Shown: positions 45,501 to 56,728, numbered from the stretch's first letter. The stretch is DNA of 64,000 bases from Marsupella aquatica (GCA_973895155.1 OZ316899.1:953573-1017572), one strand, 5' to 3'. The notes: a model not told the origin generated them from the sequence alone. Program-made: numbers and translations.

Positions 45501-48500
45501 TTTGCAGCCTTCAATTGGTCCTCTAGCTCCTTTATCTTGAGCTTTAACAAGGCTAAGTGCTTAGCCTTTAACCTCTGGTCATTACTCCTTGTCTTGATCT
45601 CAACTTGGGCAGCACCCTTGCTGGTCTGATCAACCTCCTGAGCCATTGTGATAGTGTCTTCTTGGTTGCTCTCCTTGGCTGAGGTCTCAGCCTGCTTCAC
45701 CTCCTCGAGACTGGTCACTTCACTGAGACTGGGCAGAGGTGAATGGCTGGTAAGAGCCTCCTGCTCTTGCTCCTCTCCAAACACTTCTTCTTCAGTCCAT
45801 TGGCTCACCATGTTCAACATGTATACCTCATCCTCATCAGATTCAGATTTGGTACTCAACTCATCGGAAAGTTCAGAATCATATTCATCCAACTCATCAG
45901 TAGTCTCTCCTTGATGCTTGTCATGACCCCATGAAACTGAAGTGGCTGGTTTGCCAAACCTAAACTCCTTCTTGCCCCAATCAGACACTACTTTGGCTCC
46001 ATATAGCCAAGGCCTCCCAATCAAGATTGGGTAAGTAGATGGCCTTGCTGGTCTCATCACCAAGTAATTCAACAAGAACTCCTGCCCCCCAATGAGAGTA
46101 GGTACTTGAGTAAGTGTCCCCACCGGTAGCACTCTTGCTCCATTTGCTAGCCTCATTGTCCTTGCTGTTGGCTGAAGTTTCTTGAAACCTAGTTGTTGGG
46201 CAGTAGCCTCAATCATGATATTCACACCTGAGCCTCCATCAACTGGTACATACGAGAGTACACACCCATTTACTTGAACATCAATCTCAGGTGCTCCAAG
46301 GTCTTCACAAACCATCATCACATCAGCTGGGGTACCAACCTTTGGAAGCTTCCTTCTTCTCCTTCCTACCAACATCTCCTTCAGTTGCCTCCTATACAAA
46401 GGGTTGTCTTTGATCAGCTGCCCCACTGTAGCAGTAACCAAACAATCTTTCACATCCTTCTTGATGTCATAAGAGGGTACCTTGCTGGTCTCTTTCTTCT
46501 CTTCCACCTCAGCTTTTTCCTTCAAAGCTTTAGCAACCTTCAGGTCTTTGTTGATGGCCTCTTGATGCTCCTTAGCCTCCATCTCCTCTAGTTGCCTCTT
46601 GACTTCCTCATTCACCTTGGGATAGAAGAGCTTCGGATGGTCTCTCTTGTAGTCACTATCTTCAGCTGGTGGGACTTGAACTTCTGCTCCAACTTCAACT
46701 TCGATTGGTGACTCCGTTGAGTGCTCCTTTCTCTCCTTCCTCTTCTTCCTCTCTTCCACTCTTTCCTTCTTTCTTGTGGACCTGGTAGACACCTTGTAAC
46801 ACACAGCTTCCTCCTCAGGTGTCTCCATTCCTGGTAGATCTGGCTGGTTCTCCCCACCAGCAACTTGTGTCACTCCATCTTTGGCCTCCTCTTGCCACTC
46901 CATACTCAAGAAGTTCACTGTGGCTTCACCGGGAGCTTTGGCAACCGCTGGTGGTGGTGCTTCTATCCTTCCTATCATCATCTTGGCAGCAGATCCAATA
47001 GGACAGTTGGCTGTGGTATGACCCTCCCTTTTGCACACAGCACAAAGAGGATAGGGAGCTCCTTGTCCCTGCCTCCTTGGTTCGGGGCAACTGTTGGAAT
47101 AGTGCCCTGGTTTTTGACAGTTCCAGCAGATCACCACGGTAGTTCTTGCCACTCCCCCAGGTCCTTGAGGTCCCATTTGATCCACCATCCTTGGTTGAAG
47201 ACCAGGCATCAGTTGAGGTGCCATGGGTGGAGCTGGTCTTCCTTGCAAAGTTCTTGGGCCTCCTGAAATCTGGTACACCATCTCCGGGGCTTCTTCATAG
47301 AAGTAGTCCACCACTTCACTTGCTTGATAAACATCGTTGGACTCTTCATTGACATACTGAACTTGATTCCTCCAACCTTGACACTCTTGAGGTGTATGGC
47401 CAAAACTCTTGCACTTGACACACCATACATGGGCTCTATTCACCGGCACTTTTCTCCTATCAGGTTGCACACCAGCAAAGTGAACTGATAGGGCCTTGAG
47501 TTGGTTGGTGATCTCACTCATCTTGTTATCCATCACCTTCTTCTCCTTGGTTGCTGGTGTAGAACCTTCCACCAAGTTGAAGGTTGCAGATTTGTGGTGC
47601 TTACCACCTGGCTTCTTCTTGCTGGCTCTCCTCTTCTGGTCGCTTTTTCTCTTTGCCTTCTTCTTCTTCTTCTTCTTCTTCTTCTCGGAGTCCTCCTCAG
47701 AATCAGATTCTGAATCAGAACTGGAACTACTCTCCTCAGATTCCGACTCAGAAGTATCCTCAACTGAACTACTTGATTCACTTGAGCTAGAAGAAGAATC
47801 ACTATAAGCAAATCGCTTCTTCTTTCTCCTACTCTTGGAACTAGAGATCTCAGCACTCCTATAAGACTGAGCCGCCTCAATGGCCTCATCCAACGTATTA
47901 GGGTGAGATTGCCTTACTGAGACACCCATCTTCCTGGGTAGGCTTGCCACAAACCAAGCCAACAACATGGAGTCTACTGGTCTGGGGTCAAGCTTGGTAG
48001 CTAACCTTTGAAACCTTTGCAGAAACCTCCTTACTGACTCCTTGGATCCCATTCTGATCTCTCCCATCTTGATCAGAGCTTCCGATTCTTCTCCCACCTT
48101 CCTAAACTCCTGCAAGAATGCTAGCTTGAAGGCATCCCAATCATTCTTGATGGCATTTGATAGGCTATTGAACCAAGGTCTTGCTTCTCCTCTCAAGACC
48201 CCCGCCAAAGTGGTCAACTTAATATCAAACTCTCCATTGGCTTGGGCTGTCCCAATGAAGTCCTCCAACCAAGCATCAGGATCCTCCTTGGGCTTGCCAT
48301 GGAATGTCTTGTACTGAAATCTTGCTCTTTGAGTCACCACCATGGCTGCTTCTTGATCTTCACTTGTGTTGGTAGTGGAAGAAGATGTATCACTCCACCC
48401 TACACCAGGTTCCGCTTCAGCTTGCAAATGAATGTCCACCCAATCTGGTTGCTCCAACTGGTCACCAAAGTTGAAACTAAGAGAGGCTTCTTTTAGTGCT

Positions 48501-48520
48501 TGACTCCTTGTAGTGGGCAT
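42542..48520 (-). CDS. gag-pol: Fused gag-pro-RT-RH-INT polyprotein of B (1992 aa from the first ATG, MPTTRSQ)
   Basis: No stops. Three CCHC knuckles, VPVDGGSG protease motif, FIDDF RT, VDVSG RNase H, WGIDFIG/SDRGTHF integrase, WLGPY. Confidence 0.96.
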   Translation of the reverse strand: MPTTRSQALKEASLSFNFGDQLEQPDWVDIHLQAEAEPGVGWSDTSSSTTNTSEDQEAAMVVTQRARFQYKTFHGKPKEDPDAWLEDFIGTAQANGEFDIKLTTLAGVLRGEARPWFNSLSNAIKNDWDAFKLAFLQEFRKVGEESEALIKMGEIRMGSKESVRRFLQRFQRLATKLDPRPVDSMLLAWFVASLPRKMGVSVRQSHPNTLDEAIEAAQSYRSAEISSSKSRRKKKRFAYSDSSSSSSESSSSVEDTSESESEESSSSSDSESDSEEDSEKKKKKKKKKAKRKSDQKRRASKKKPGGKHHKSATFNLVEGSTPATKEKKVMDNKMSEITNQLKALSVHFAGVQPDRRKVPVNRAHVWCVKCKSFGHTPQECQGWRNQVQYVNEESNDVYQASEVVDYFYEEAPEMVYQISGGPRTLQGRPAPPMAPQLMPGLQPRMVDQMGPQGPGGVARTTVVICWNCQKPGHYSNSCPEPRRQGQGAPYPLCAVCKREGHTTANCPIGSAAKMMIGRIEAPPPAVAKAPGEATVNFLSMEWQEEAKDGVTQVAGGENQPDLPGMETPEEEAVCYKVSTRSTRKKERVEERKKRKERKEHSTESPIEVEVGAEVQVPPAEDSDYKRDHPKLFYPKVNEEVKRQLEEMEAKEHQEAINKDLKVAKALKEKAEVEEKKETSKVPSYDIKKDVKDCLVTATVGQLIKDNPLYRRQLKEMLVGRRRRKLPKVGTPADVMMVCEDLGAPEIDVQVNGCVLSYVPVDGGSGVNIMIEATAQQLGFKKLQPTARTMRLANGARVLPVGTLTQVPTLIGGQEFLLNYLVMRPARPSTYPILIGRPWLYGAKVVSDWGKKEFRFGKPATSVSWGHDKHQGETTDELDEYDSELSDELSTKSESDEDEVYMLNMVSQWTEEEVFGEEQEQEALTSHSPLPSLSEVTSLEEVKQAETSAKESNQEDTITMAQEVDQTSKGAAQVEIKTRSNDQRLKAKHLALLKLKIKELEDQLKAANSEEDETQEDQHSSKEKEELSAENAPVYGGMRLAQLEGTFDSTMRNKMEVIRAEQYRTISVQQDKTFNLGNALGSGEEKTIQDLLGEYVDVFAWSHLDLTGVNPELGEHRIDLMLGASPVRQRQYRMNPKYSLMVKEEIDKLLEAGFIYPVLNSEWVSPIVIVPKKPGLDGKPKIRVCQDFRKLNEATKKDHYPIPFTDMVLDLVAGWEVYSFLDGYSGYNQIWIRKEDQLKTAFTTEWGIYAFRRMPFGLCNAPGMFQRLMMNIFHDYLRKFLEVFIDDFAVFGRGKDHVEHLRMTFQRCREVGLKLHPGKCFFGVEEGILLGHKVSKKGIEVDQEKVAVWMAVKFPTSVTELRGFLGCLNYYRRFIKDFAKVALPLTSMLKKGAEVEPSVERLASFQELKNRLVEAPILIAPDWSREFHVYVDVSGFCIGVVLSQLDDQNRDHPIYFASRLLAPAEKNYSPTDREALGIIYSCKKFRHYLLGYKVVFHTDHNALKYMVNKPDVTGRVARWILLLQEFDYEVRVRPGKKHGNADFFSRIEGEEDLKEVDDQFPDEDLFHVGSGGDTWYLDIIQFLLTTRLPRDLNQEEAAVFLRKIRPYLLVKGVLHKEGVDGRLRRCLEKKEISIVMRAMHEEEAGGHYASATTARKILDAGYWWPTLHKDVSLFVRGCDPCQRTGKPAHSRHHPLTTILPLAPFEKWGIDFIGPITPVTRSRRNRYILLATDYATKWVEARPTSKDNALTVARFMYQQIFTRFGPPLELVSDRGTHFLNEVVEELTNHYLIKHRKTTPYHPKANGLTERANGIIGKILNKTVAAHKTDWDDKLYSAVYSYNLAFKTTTGHSPFYLVFGQHSLVPVEFEVPTLRVSVEERMEADQSLMERAYQLEELEEIREEASKQVKKKQAQVKQHHDKKLKKPTSLLAGQLVLLYDSRYAHFPGKLHTRWLGPYVVHQVYANGSIQLATLEGEVFPTRVHHDRLKRYFNQE

Positions 48521-48626
48521 GCCACTCACAATCACCTTCTTATCTCCCTTCTTCTCTTGAACAGCAAACCTGCAAACACACCTCCAAGTCTTGTGGCTCC
48601 ACTCCAACAAAAACTGTAAAGAGTTG

Positions 48627-48644
48627 TCCCCGGCAGCGGCGCCA
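48627..48644 (-). other. Primer binding site of B, tRNA-Asp type, 20 nt from the LTR
   Basis: TGGCGCCGCTGCCGGGGA, one mismatch to the Athila-type PBS TGGCGCCGTTGCCGGGGA. Confidence 0.8.
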
Positions 48645-48664
48645 AAAACAAGGGTGGGACTCTA

Positions 48665-51600
48665 TGTCAAACACTTGCCAAGGAGCTTAAGCGGCTTTTC
48701 TCCCCAAAAGACTACCTAATACCTGCTCCATGTCATACCAGGGTCACAAAGGATTGACAAAACTTCTGAAGTGTGCTTACAATGTCCAATCACTCCATAC
48801 ATAAGTAGTTTCAACTCTCCACTTCTAGAGAGGTAGTCCCCTTGACTACTTTTGTACTCACCCCTTCCCCTCTCCTCTACTCCAAGGATCAGCAAGGGGG
48901 ATCTCCGCTCCAAGCTGTCACCTTAGAGTAGATTCTCACACAAACACCCAAGAACCCAAAGTACTTTCCTCTTCAAGCTTAAGTCTCCTCAAGACCCTCA
49001 AAGTAGTGTTACCCCTCAACCTTGCCCCCCTGGCCTTGGTTTGGGTCCACACATCCCCTTTGAGCCCTAGAGAAGGCTCCTCTATCTAAGGACTCTTCCT
49101 CTTGTTCTTACTTCTTGTTAACACCACACACCAAGCAAAGTACTTTCCACCCTCAAGCTATAATCCTCTCTAAGTCTCAAAGTAATGCTATACCTTAACC
49201 TTGCCTCCTTGGCCTTGGTTTTGTACTAGCACATCCCCTTCAAGCTTAGACCAAGATTATACCATAGCATGGACTCTTCTCTTGCTCTCATATACTTCAA
49301 ATGCACTCACACTTAATGGTCACAATGAAGATTGGTAAGTCTCCTTTTATTGCATCACCTTTACAACAAAAGTTCACTACACATTCTCCACACTAAGCAT
49401 GGACCACCTCTCCTTTCTCAAGCTTAGCCCTACCTTGGCAAGGTAGAGATTTCACTTAAGAGATGAGACTCCCGGTCCCTAACAAATGAAAACTTCCTCC
49501 TTATATACTATCTCCTTCCACATCACACCAAGCTTGACCTGGGGTCCAACTATACCTCCCCCAAGTCCTCCTAACACACAAAGTCCAACTCTATAGTTCA
49601 TAGCCCACCCTACTACTTGCTATTTTGCCTCCTTCCAAGCCCTGGAATATGCCACACATGAGTGGTATGCTTTGACTTCCAAACCTACTCCCACTTATGG
49701 TCCTCCTCACCAGCTTACCAACCCACTTGAAAGCTCGCAAAAAGAGTGAGTGAGTCTCAAGTTGTGCCTAGTCAAAGTTGGCCTTATTTTACTTGTAACC
49801 CCTTTACTACCCTAAGTAAACTACCCCCTATATTTACTTTTCTTAACTTGATGGCCTTACACCTTTGGCCAAAGGTAAGTACCCTTCTCTAGAGCCTAAC
49901 TCAAGTGGTATGGGTGCAAGAAAGGTCAGCCCCTAAATCTGGTATTCATTCCCCTATGCCGACTTTGGTTTGCAAGTTGTCGGGACTCCCTCGTGGCCTC
50001 GGTTAAAAATATATTTGAGTGATTACTTTTCTGGGGTTCCACCTTCACCAGGGGGTGCCTTATCTTCCCCTAACTCAGCACAAAAAAATTTGGGCCCCAA
50101 CGGATACCTCTAGCCAAAGTTATGCCCATTCTCCCAAGGCCTGTTTTTGGTGTAAAGCGGGTGTAAGCGGCGGCCCGATTACACTTACCTTACATGCCCC
50201 TTATGGGGATTCCACGTGTCATGAGGGGAGAGCACTCTCATTATACTCATGTTTCTTATGAAGAAATTGTAAGGACAGCAATGTTTGCAGCCATTTCTCT
50301 CTCGTGAATTCAATCTAAAACCACAGCATTCTCTATTGGATTCTTTCTTGTGCAGCAGTCCAGCTGATCAGCCGCCAGCCCCTCAATTTCACAGCCACCA
50401 TAGCTCACAGCCAGCCTAGTCAATTTCGCAGCTAGCCCACCTCTTCAATTTTTCCGCTAGCAACACAGTCAATTTCGCAGCTAGCAGCACAGTCACATCA
50501 GCGCATTTACAGCACAACAACAGCAGATTTGAAGCACAGCAGCAGCAACCATAGCTTGATTCCTTCTCAGTCAAGCAGGTCTCTCTTCTCAATTTCGTAG
50601 CTGCCCACCTTTGCAATTTCGCAGCTAGCAGCAGCATCATTCAATTCAGCAGCATCAAGGCAGCAGCCAGCCAATTCTCATGAGCATCTCGTGCCTGATT
50701 AGTAGGAGCACCTCTAATCTAGTGTGCAGCTGTCATAGCAGCAAGCAGCCTTCCCAATTCAAAGCCAGCAGCGATCCTAATTTGCAGCCATAGCTCTTTT
50801 CCTTCTCAGCAGCCATAGCTTCTTCAATCAGCAACAGCCCTTGCTTCTTCAATCAGCAGCAGCCATTTCAATTCAGCCGCCCTTCCTTCAATTCAGCCGC
50901 CCTTGTGCTCAATTGATTCCTCAAGTAATCATGCAGCACCTTTGGACAGCCTCCCGGTGCTTGACGTCCTCACCAGCCTCGTGCTTGCTCCTCCTTGCCT
51001 CGTGCTCGCTCCTCCTTGCCTCGTGCTCGCCGCGTGATCGTCGCCCACGCGGTTTACACTTAGAAAAAAATACATTTTTTTTTGGAAAAACAGCATTTTG
51101 GGGCGATTTTGGACCCCCCTCCAAAACTCACACATAAGTCCAAAAGGACTTCTGAGTAGCTCCACTGATTCTATGGACATAGGACTATGTCCGGGTTTAC
51201 TAAGATATAAACAAAACCCTATAACAACTTTTCTAAAATTAGGCAAAGAGGGTCAAGTCTTTATGTCTTCCAAAATTCTTCTCAACTTTGAGATGCTCCC
51301 AAAAAGTAACCAAGTGTGACAAAGTTGTCCCACAAGTTTCTAGGGATAGAGGGGACCATACTTAACCCACTTCCAAACTTGGAACCCCTACATTTACCCA
51401 TCAGCTATTTTTCCCGGGACCCGCTATTTGGTAACTTTGATTTTTGCCAAAATACTTATAACTCCTAGGTTAAGACCCCACTTGACTTCATACTTTTTCA
51501 GGGTTCCCTAGGGACCTCCCAGCACCCATGGGAGAAATATCAGCCAAAAATAAGATGTCCGGTGTCGGGTCATTTTTCGGTCCCGACTTAGTCGCCTATT

Positions 51601-51829
51601 ATAACTAAGGACGGAACTAGTTTCCTGCCCCTCCTATAGTAACTTGCTTACCCCTAGATAACTTTGCATAACTAAAATTCCCTCTTACCTCTACTAAGCT
51701 TCCCTTCTTACTTAAGTGCCCTAAACCTAGCTACTCTGATAGCACTAAAACTTTTTCCCTAACTATTTCCTCTTCTAAACGAAAGAATGTCATGTTTCTC
51801 TACACTAGCTGACACTGAGCCATCCCACA
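48665..51829 (-). repeat. 5' LTR of B, 3165 bp
   Basis: Same length and termini as the 3' LTR. All shadow ORF translations from the two LTRs are identical. Confidence 0.95.
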
Positions 51830-51834
51830 CCTTT

Positions 51835-52298
51835 CTGACTCCTCGTCCTCGTAAGTCTTGATGTACTCAGTTGCCCGTTCGAACAGGCATCCCCAGAAAT
51901 GTGCCGCTTGATTGACGTTGCTCATACCCTCCTTAGGTTGATCGTCGGTATCTACTCTCTCCCCGAGTGCTTGCCTAAGCAGCTGACAGTAGTTGGCCTC
52001 CCGTAGTCGTCTGCCTAGTTCGTGCTCGCAAATGAGCCACCATCTCCTGCAAGCGCTCCTTACCCCTCTCCTCTGCCGGTCCTTCTTCCCGTTGATCCTT
52101 CCTAGCCGCCGACGCTTAACGCGCCCTAACCCTAATCGGGTTTTCACCCTCAGCCTTACCTCCGGCCTCTGCCCGGGTTCCATGGTTGCCCCTAATTGTT
52201 TATATTTTCCTTGTTTTGTCACTATACTAAGGTGTTCCTAGGGTGCCTTCCTGCTTTACCCACTTAACCGGCCGAGTGATTCCTGTCTAGGCATCACA
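51835..52298 (-). repeat. 5' LTR of A copy 2, part 2 (start of the LTR ORF, ATG at 52183)
   Basis: Resumes exactly after the CCTTT duplication and ends at GGCATCACA plus TSD CCCCT. Confidence 0.95.
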
Positions 52299-52303
52299 CC
52301 CCT

Positions 52304-52466
52304 CTCCAAGGCTCAACATTGAAAGATAACCTTTCAATGCCTCACAAGAGAGAACTACCCTCTCACACAAACCTAATGGAACCATATCGGCTCCACTAGC
52401 ACACATACAAAAAGTACATACTTAACTAGCACTATATACTACAACAACATCTAGAATGGTGTGACA
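52304..52466 (-). repeat. Possible terminus of an older LTR that received A copy 2 (continuous with the sequence left of 24258)
   Basis: Minus strand begins TGTCACACC where the tandem repeat is cut. No partner LTR or TSD found. Confidence 0.35.
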
Positions 52467-55200
52467 GGCCCCCATGGTGAAGCCGTGGGACACCCCCATC
52501 ACGTGTGCCAACTAGTTATAGCAACGACAATGAGGTTGTGACGCATAAAATGCCAAGGTGGAGAGATTTGAGGCACACAAGTGATGGAACATCATGAACT
52601 CCTCACAAATCACTCCAAGACTCTACGGAATTACAAATATGGAGCTTATATGATGCATCCACACAATTCACTCCTTCTAGGACTAGTTCATGGCAAGTGG
52701 TCGCGCCAAAGTGTGTTGCATGACTCAAATACAAGTGTAGTTTGTAGTCACCAAACAGCTAGGGCCCAAAATGACCTTATGTCAAGTGGTTTGGGCGAGT
52801 ACATAGATATGCACTTCATTGCAAGTGTTCACACCCAATTTACTTCTCAACTCAAATAGCCGTGGTATCTTAAGTTGCATTTGACCTAAACCCTAAAACC
52901 ACCTCATTTGTAGTGATTTGGGAACAACAATCACCCTAGGAGCCCAGAGAGGCATGACTTTGTGGTAGCTCACTTGAATTGAGCTCACTTGAATTGTGAC
53001 TGATAGGTCTTGGGTTCAACTGTTGTGGCTGACACTTCCCAACTATTGTGGCTGACTCTTCTCTTTTTGTGGGGTTTCACAGATTTCCCTTTAAAATTTA
53101 TAAATAAATAAGAAAACAATCACCCTAGGACTACCGCTTCAAGAGAAGTTGTTTGGAGGAATGTGTGATGTACCACCCCAGCTTGAGTGATAGTATTAGT
53201 TGCTAGAAATGAGGGCTTTGAAGAACATAGTTTTTAGTGATTTGGGGAGTGACAAACTTACAATGGATAATAAGAAGTGGATCCACCTTGCGGCAATTCT
53301 CGGAGGGTTGGGCCCGCAGCCATGACAATTCCTCCATGTTAGCCCCCCCATGGTGAGGATGTGGGACACCCCCATCACGTGTGCCAACTAGTTATAGCAA
53401 CGACAATGAGGTTGTGACGCACAAAATGCCAAGGTGGAGAGATTTGAGGCACACAAGTGATGGAACATCATGAACTCCACACAAATCACTCCAAGACTCT
53501 ACAGAATTACAAATATGGAGTTTATGTGATGCGACACACAATTCACTCCTTTTAGCACTAGTTCATGGTTTGGGATCACACTAAAGTGTGCTGCATCACT
53601 CAAATACGGGTGCAATTTGTAGTCGCCAAAAGGCGAGGGCCTCAAAGGACCTTTTTCCGAGTCAATTGGGCATGTACATATAAATACACTTCATTGCAAG
53701 TGTTTGCACCCAATTTACTTCTCAACTCAAATAAAGGTGGTATCTTAAGTTGCATTTGCCCTAAACCCTAAAACGACCTCATTTGTAGTGGTTTTGGAAC
53801 AACAATCACCCTTGGACTACCACTTCATGACAAGTTGTTTACAGGGATGCGTGATGTACCACCCAACCTGAGTGATAGTGTTAGTTGCTAGAAATGAGGG
53901 CTTTGAAGAACAAAGTTTTTTAGTGATTTGGGGAGTGACAAACTTAAAATGGATAATGAGAAGTGGATCCACCTTGCGGCAATTCTTGGAGGGCCACAAT
54001 TAAAGGAGGAGGCTTGGGCCCGCCGCCACCACAATTCCTCCATGTTAGCCCACCCATGGTGAAGCTATGGGACACCCCCATTATGTGTGCCAACTAGTTA
54101 TAGCAACAACAATGAGATTGTGATGCATAAATTGCCAAGGTGGAGAGATTTGAGGCAGCCAAGTGATGCAACATCATGAACTCCACACAAATCACTCCAA
54201 GACTCTACGGAATTACAAATATGGGGCTTATGTGATGCATCCACACAATTCACTCATTTTAGCACTAGTTCATGGTTTGGGATCACACTAAAGTGTGTTG
54301 CATCACTCAAATACAGGTTCAATTTGTAGTCGCCAAAAGGTAAGGGTCTGAAAGGACCTTTTTTTGAGTCAATTGGGCGTGTACATATAAATACACTTCA
54401 TTGCAAGTGTTTGCACCCAATTTATTTCTCAACTCAAATAAAGGTGGTATCTTAAGTTGCATTTGCCCTAAACCCTAAAACCACTTCATTTGTAGTGGTT
54501 TGCCCCCCAATCTCCCTAGCACTACCACTTCATGAGAAGTTGTTTAGAAGGATGCGTGATGTACCACCCCAGCTTGAGTGACAATGTTAGTCGCTAGAAA
54601 TGAGGGCTTTGAGGCACATTGTTTCGAGTGTCTCTGGAGTGACAGACTTACAATGGATAATGAGAAGTGGATCCACCTTGCGGCAATTCTCAGAGGGCCA
54701 CAATTAAAGGAGGAGGCTTGGGCCCGCCGCCACCACAATTCCTCCATGTTAGCCCCCCCATGGTGAAGCCATGGGATATCCCCATCACGTGTGCCAACTA
54801 GTTATAGCAACGACAATGAGGTTGTGACGCACAAAATGCCAAGGTGGAGAGATTTGAGGCACACAAGTGATGGAACATCATGAACTCCACACAAATCACT
54901 CCAAGACTCTACGGAATTACAAATATGGGGCTTATGTAATGCATCCACAAAATTTACTCCTTTTAGCACTAGTTCATTTCAAGTGGTCGCACCAATGTGT
55001 GTTGCATCACTCAAATATGGATGCAGTTTGTAGTTGCAAGAAGATGAGAGCCCAAAAGGACCTTATGTTAAGTGGTTTGGGCTGGTATTTACCAATGCAC
55101 TTGATTGGAAGTTCAAACACATAACTTTCCCAACTCAAAACATGGTGGTATTTCAAGTGACAGGTGCCCAAAACCCTCAAACCACCTATCCTATAGTGGT
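52467..55200. repeat. Tandem repeat, ~705-bp unit, about four copies
   Basis: The anchor ACGTGTGCCAACTAGTTATAGCAAC recurs at ~52501, 53377, 54083 and 54787 (spacings 876, 706, 704). The first unit has an internal insertion or duplication. Confidence 0.9.
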
Positions 55201-56215
55201 TTGGGTACAATTTGTAAAAAAGAATTTGTTTGTGGCATGCATATCGTGACTGAAAATGTGTGTTGATAATGACATCATTGGGAGAGGTTTTGGACATCAC
55301 AAAATAATCCGTTCAATTTTCAGTCATTTGTCAAAATTGTTTTGACACTCTAATGTTGGTGGCATTTGTAGTTGCAAAATGTATTTAAAGAATTACATTA
55401 TTCATAGTGATTTCTGAGAATGGAAAATGATCTACTTCATTTCAAGTCATTTGCAAGGCCCTGCATTGACACTCTACTCTTAGTGGCATTTGGAGTCACT
55501 AAAATGTGCAAAGAAAATGACATTCTTTAGAGTGATTTTGGACTAAGGAGAATGTGGCACTTGGTTTGTAGTTGCATCAAATAATATTTATTGGACTCTA
55601 ATATTAGTGGCATTTGTAGTGAGACAATTTGTGATAATAATGACTTTATTTAAAGAGATTTTGTACATTGACAATTAATTCACTCAATCTTAAGTTGTTT
55701 GTAAGAATTTCCTTGTCACTAAAATATTTTAAGTGATTTTGCCAAAATTCATTTGTGACTCCACTATTGGTGATATTTATAGTAACAAAAGGTGTGCTCA
55801 CAAATGACATTATTTCAAGTAATTAAGATCACTTGGAAAAGATTCACTTGATTGGGAGTTGATTGAAAAAACACCTTTACCATTCAAATATTGGTGGTAC
55901 TTGTATTTCTAGTGGTTTCGGCCAGTAGTAAAATCTTAGTTGAAAATAGAGTTGTAAACATTGACGGTGTAGTGGACGGTGGATTGTAGTGATTTGCAAA
56001 TTTGTGTAATATACAACTCTAATTCAAGTGATCTAAGTTTTAGTGGCAAAAAAAAGAGTTGTAATCAGTGATTAAGGTAACATAGTTCTAAGTAGAGTCA
56101 TAAAATGCAGATTATTACAACCCATTAAAAAAATATTGGTTGGCACCACGTATGAGTTGTTTAGGCAAAGTAGTTGCAAGGCCTGTAGTAGTAAAACACA
56201 GGTTTTCTTCTAGTG
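55200..56215. mobile_element. Terminal part of a second CACTA element (CACTA-2)
   Basis: AT-rich region with many TGTAGT/TAGTG-like motifs, ending GGTTTTCTTCTAGTG (reverse complement CACTAGAAGAAAACC, a typical plant CACTA TIR). It cuts the ORF to its right. Confidence 0.7.
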
Positions 56216-56527
56216 TCTTGTGGTTTTTGGTGACACCCCTCGCGTCTTTCGGGCACCATGACCTCCCGGGACTAAGGCATCACCCGCATTGCCCTGGTTC
56301 TGCTTGGTCAAATTATCCACGATGACGTCCGGCTCGACATCATCCTTTGGTTCTACATCCAACCCTCTCAAGGCTGGGATCAATTCCTCCTCTGGGTCCC
56401 GACCCTCTTCCTCCGATTCAGCTTCAGCATTGTCATTGCTTCCATCCGTGTCGGAGTTGTCTGACCCGTCCTCTAAAGGATCAGCCACCTCCTTCCCTTT
56501 AAGTCTACCCGTCCTCCTTCTGTTCAT
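56216..56527 (-). pseudogene. N-terminal gag-like remnant (MNRRRTGRLKGKEVADP...) downstream of an iMet PBS, truncated by CACTA-2
   Basis: Basic then acidic low-complexity N-terminus starting ~200 nt after a PBS. No conserved gag core is visible. Confidence 0.45.
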
Positions 56528-56728
56528 CTTGAACTTGGGCTCTCCCCTTGGCGGGGGGAGCCTGTTTGCCACTCTTTGATCAAGTGTTTTTAGCCATGTT
56601 CCCAACGACCGAATCTGCCCGTAGTCGACCCGCCGAGTACGTTGAAGCACTAAGTCCCCACAAAAATCCGTTAAGATTTTTGGATTCTGACCTAGCACAA
56701 CCCCAGCCCGGTGTCTATGCCGGCAATT

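Larger units (their letters stand above)
39337..51829 (-). mobile_element. Family B Ty3/gypsy (Athila-like) LTR retrotransposon, full length and apparently intact
   Basis: TSD CCTTT at 39332-39336 and 51830-51834, two 3165-bp LTRs, PPT, PBS and a single gag-pol ORF. Confidence 0.97.
24263..52298 (-). mobile_element. Family A copy 2, full length, with family B nested in its 5' LTR
   Basis: TSD CCCCT at 24258-24262 and 52299-52303. LTRs at 24263..28919 and 35144..52298 (split). Internal region collinear with copy 1 (offset 28433). Confidence 0.97.

Noticed and set aside
1-52298. The large duplications as assembly artefacts or a tandem segmental duplication
   Set aside because: Boundaries coincide with TG/CA termini, PPT, PBS and perfect TSDs. 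Each A copy has diagnostic variants shared by its own two LTRs (for example GTTAATCC versus GTTGATCC).
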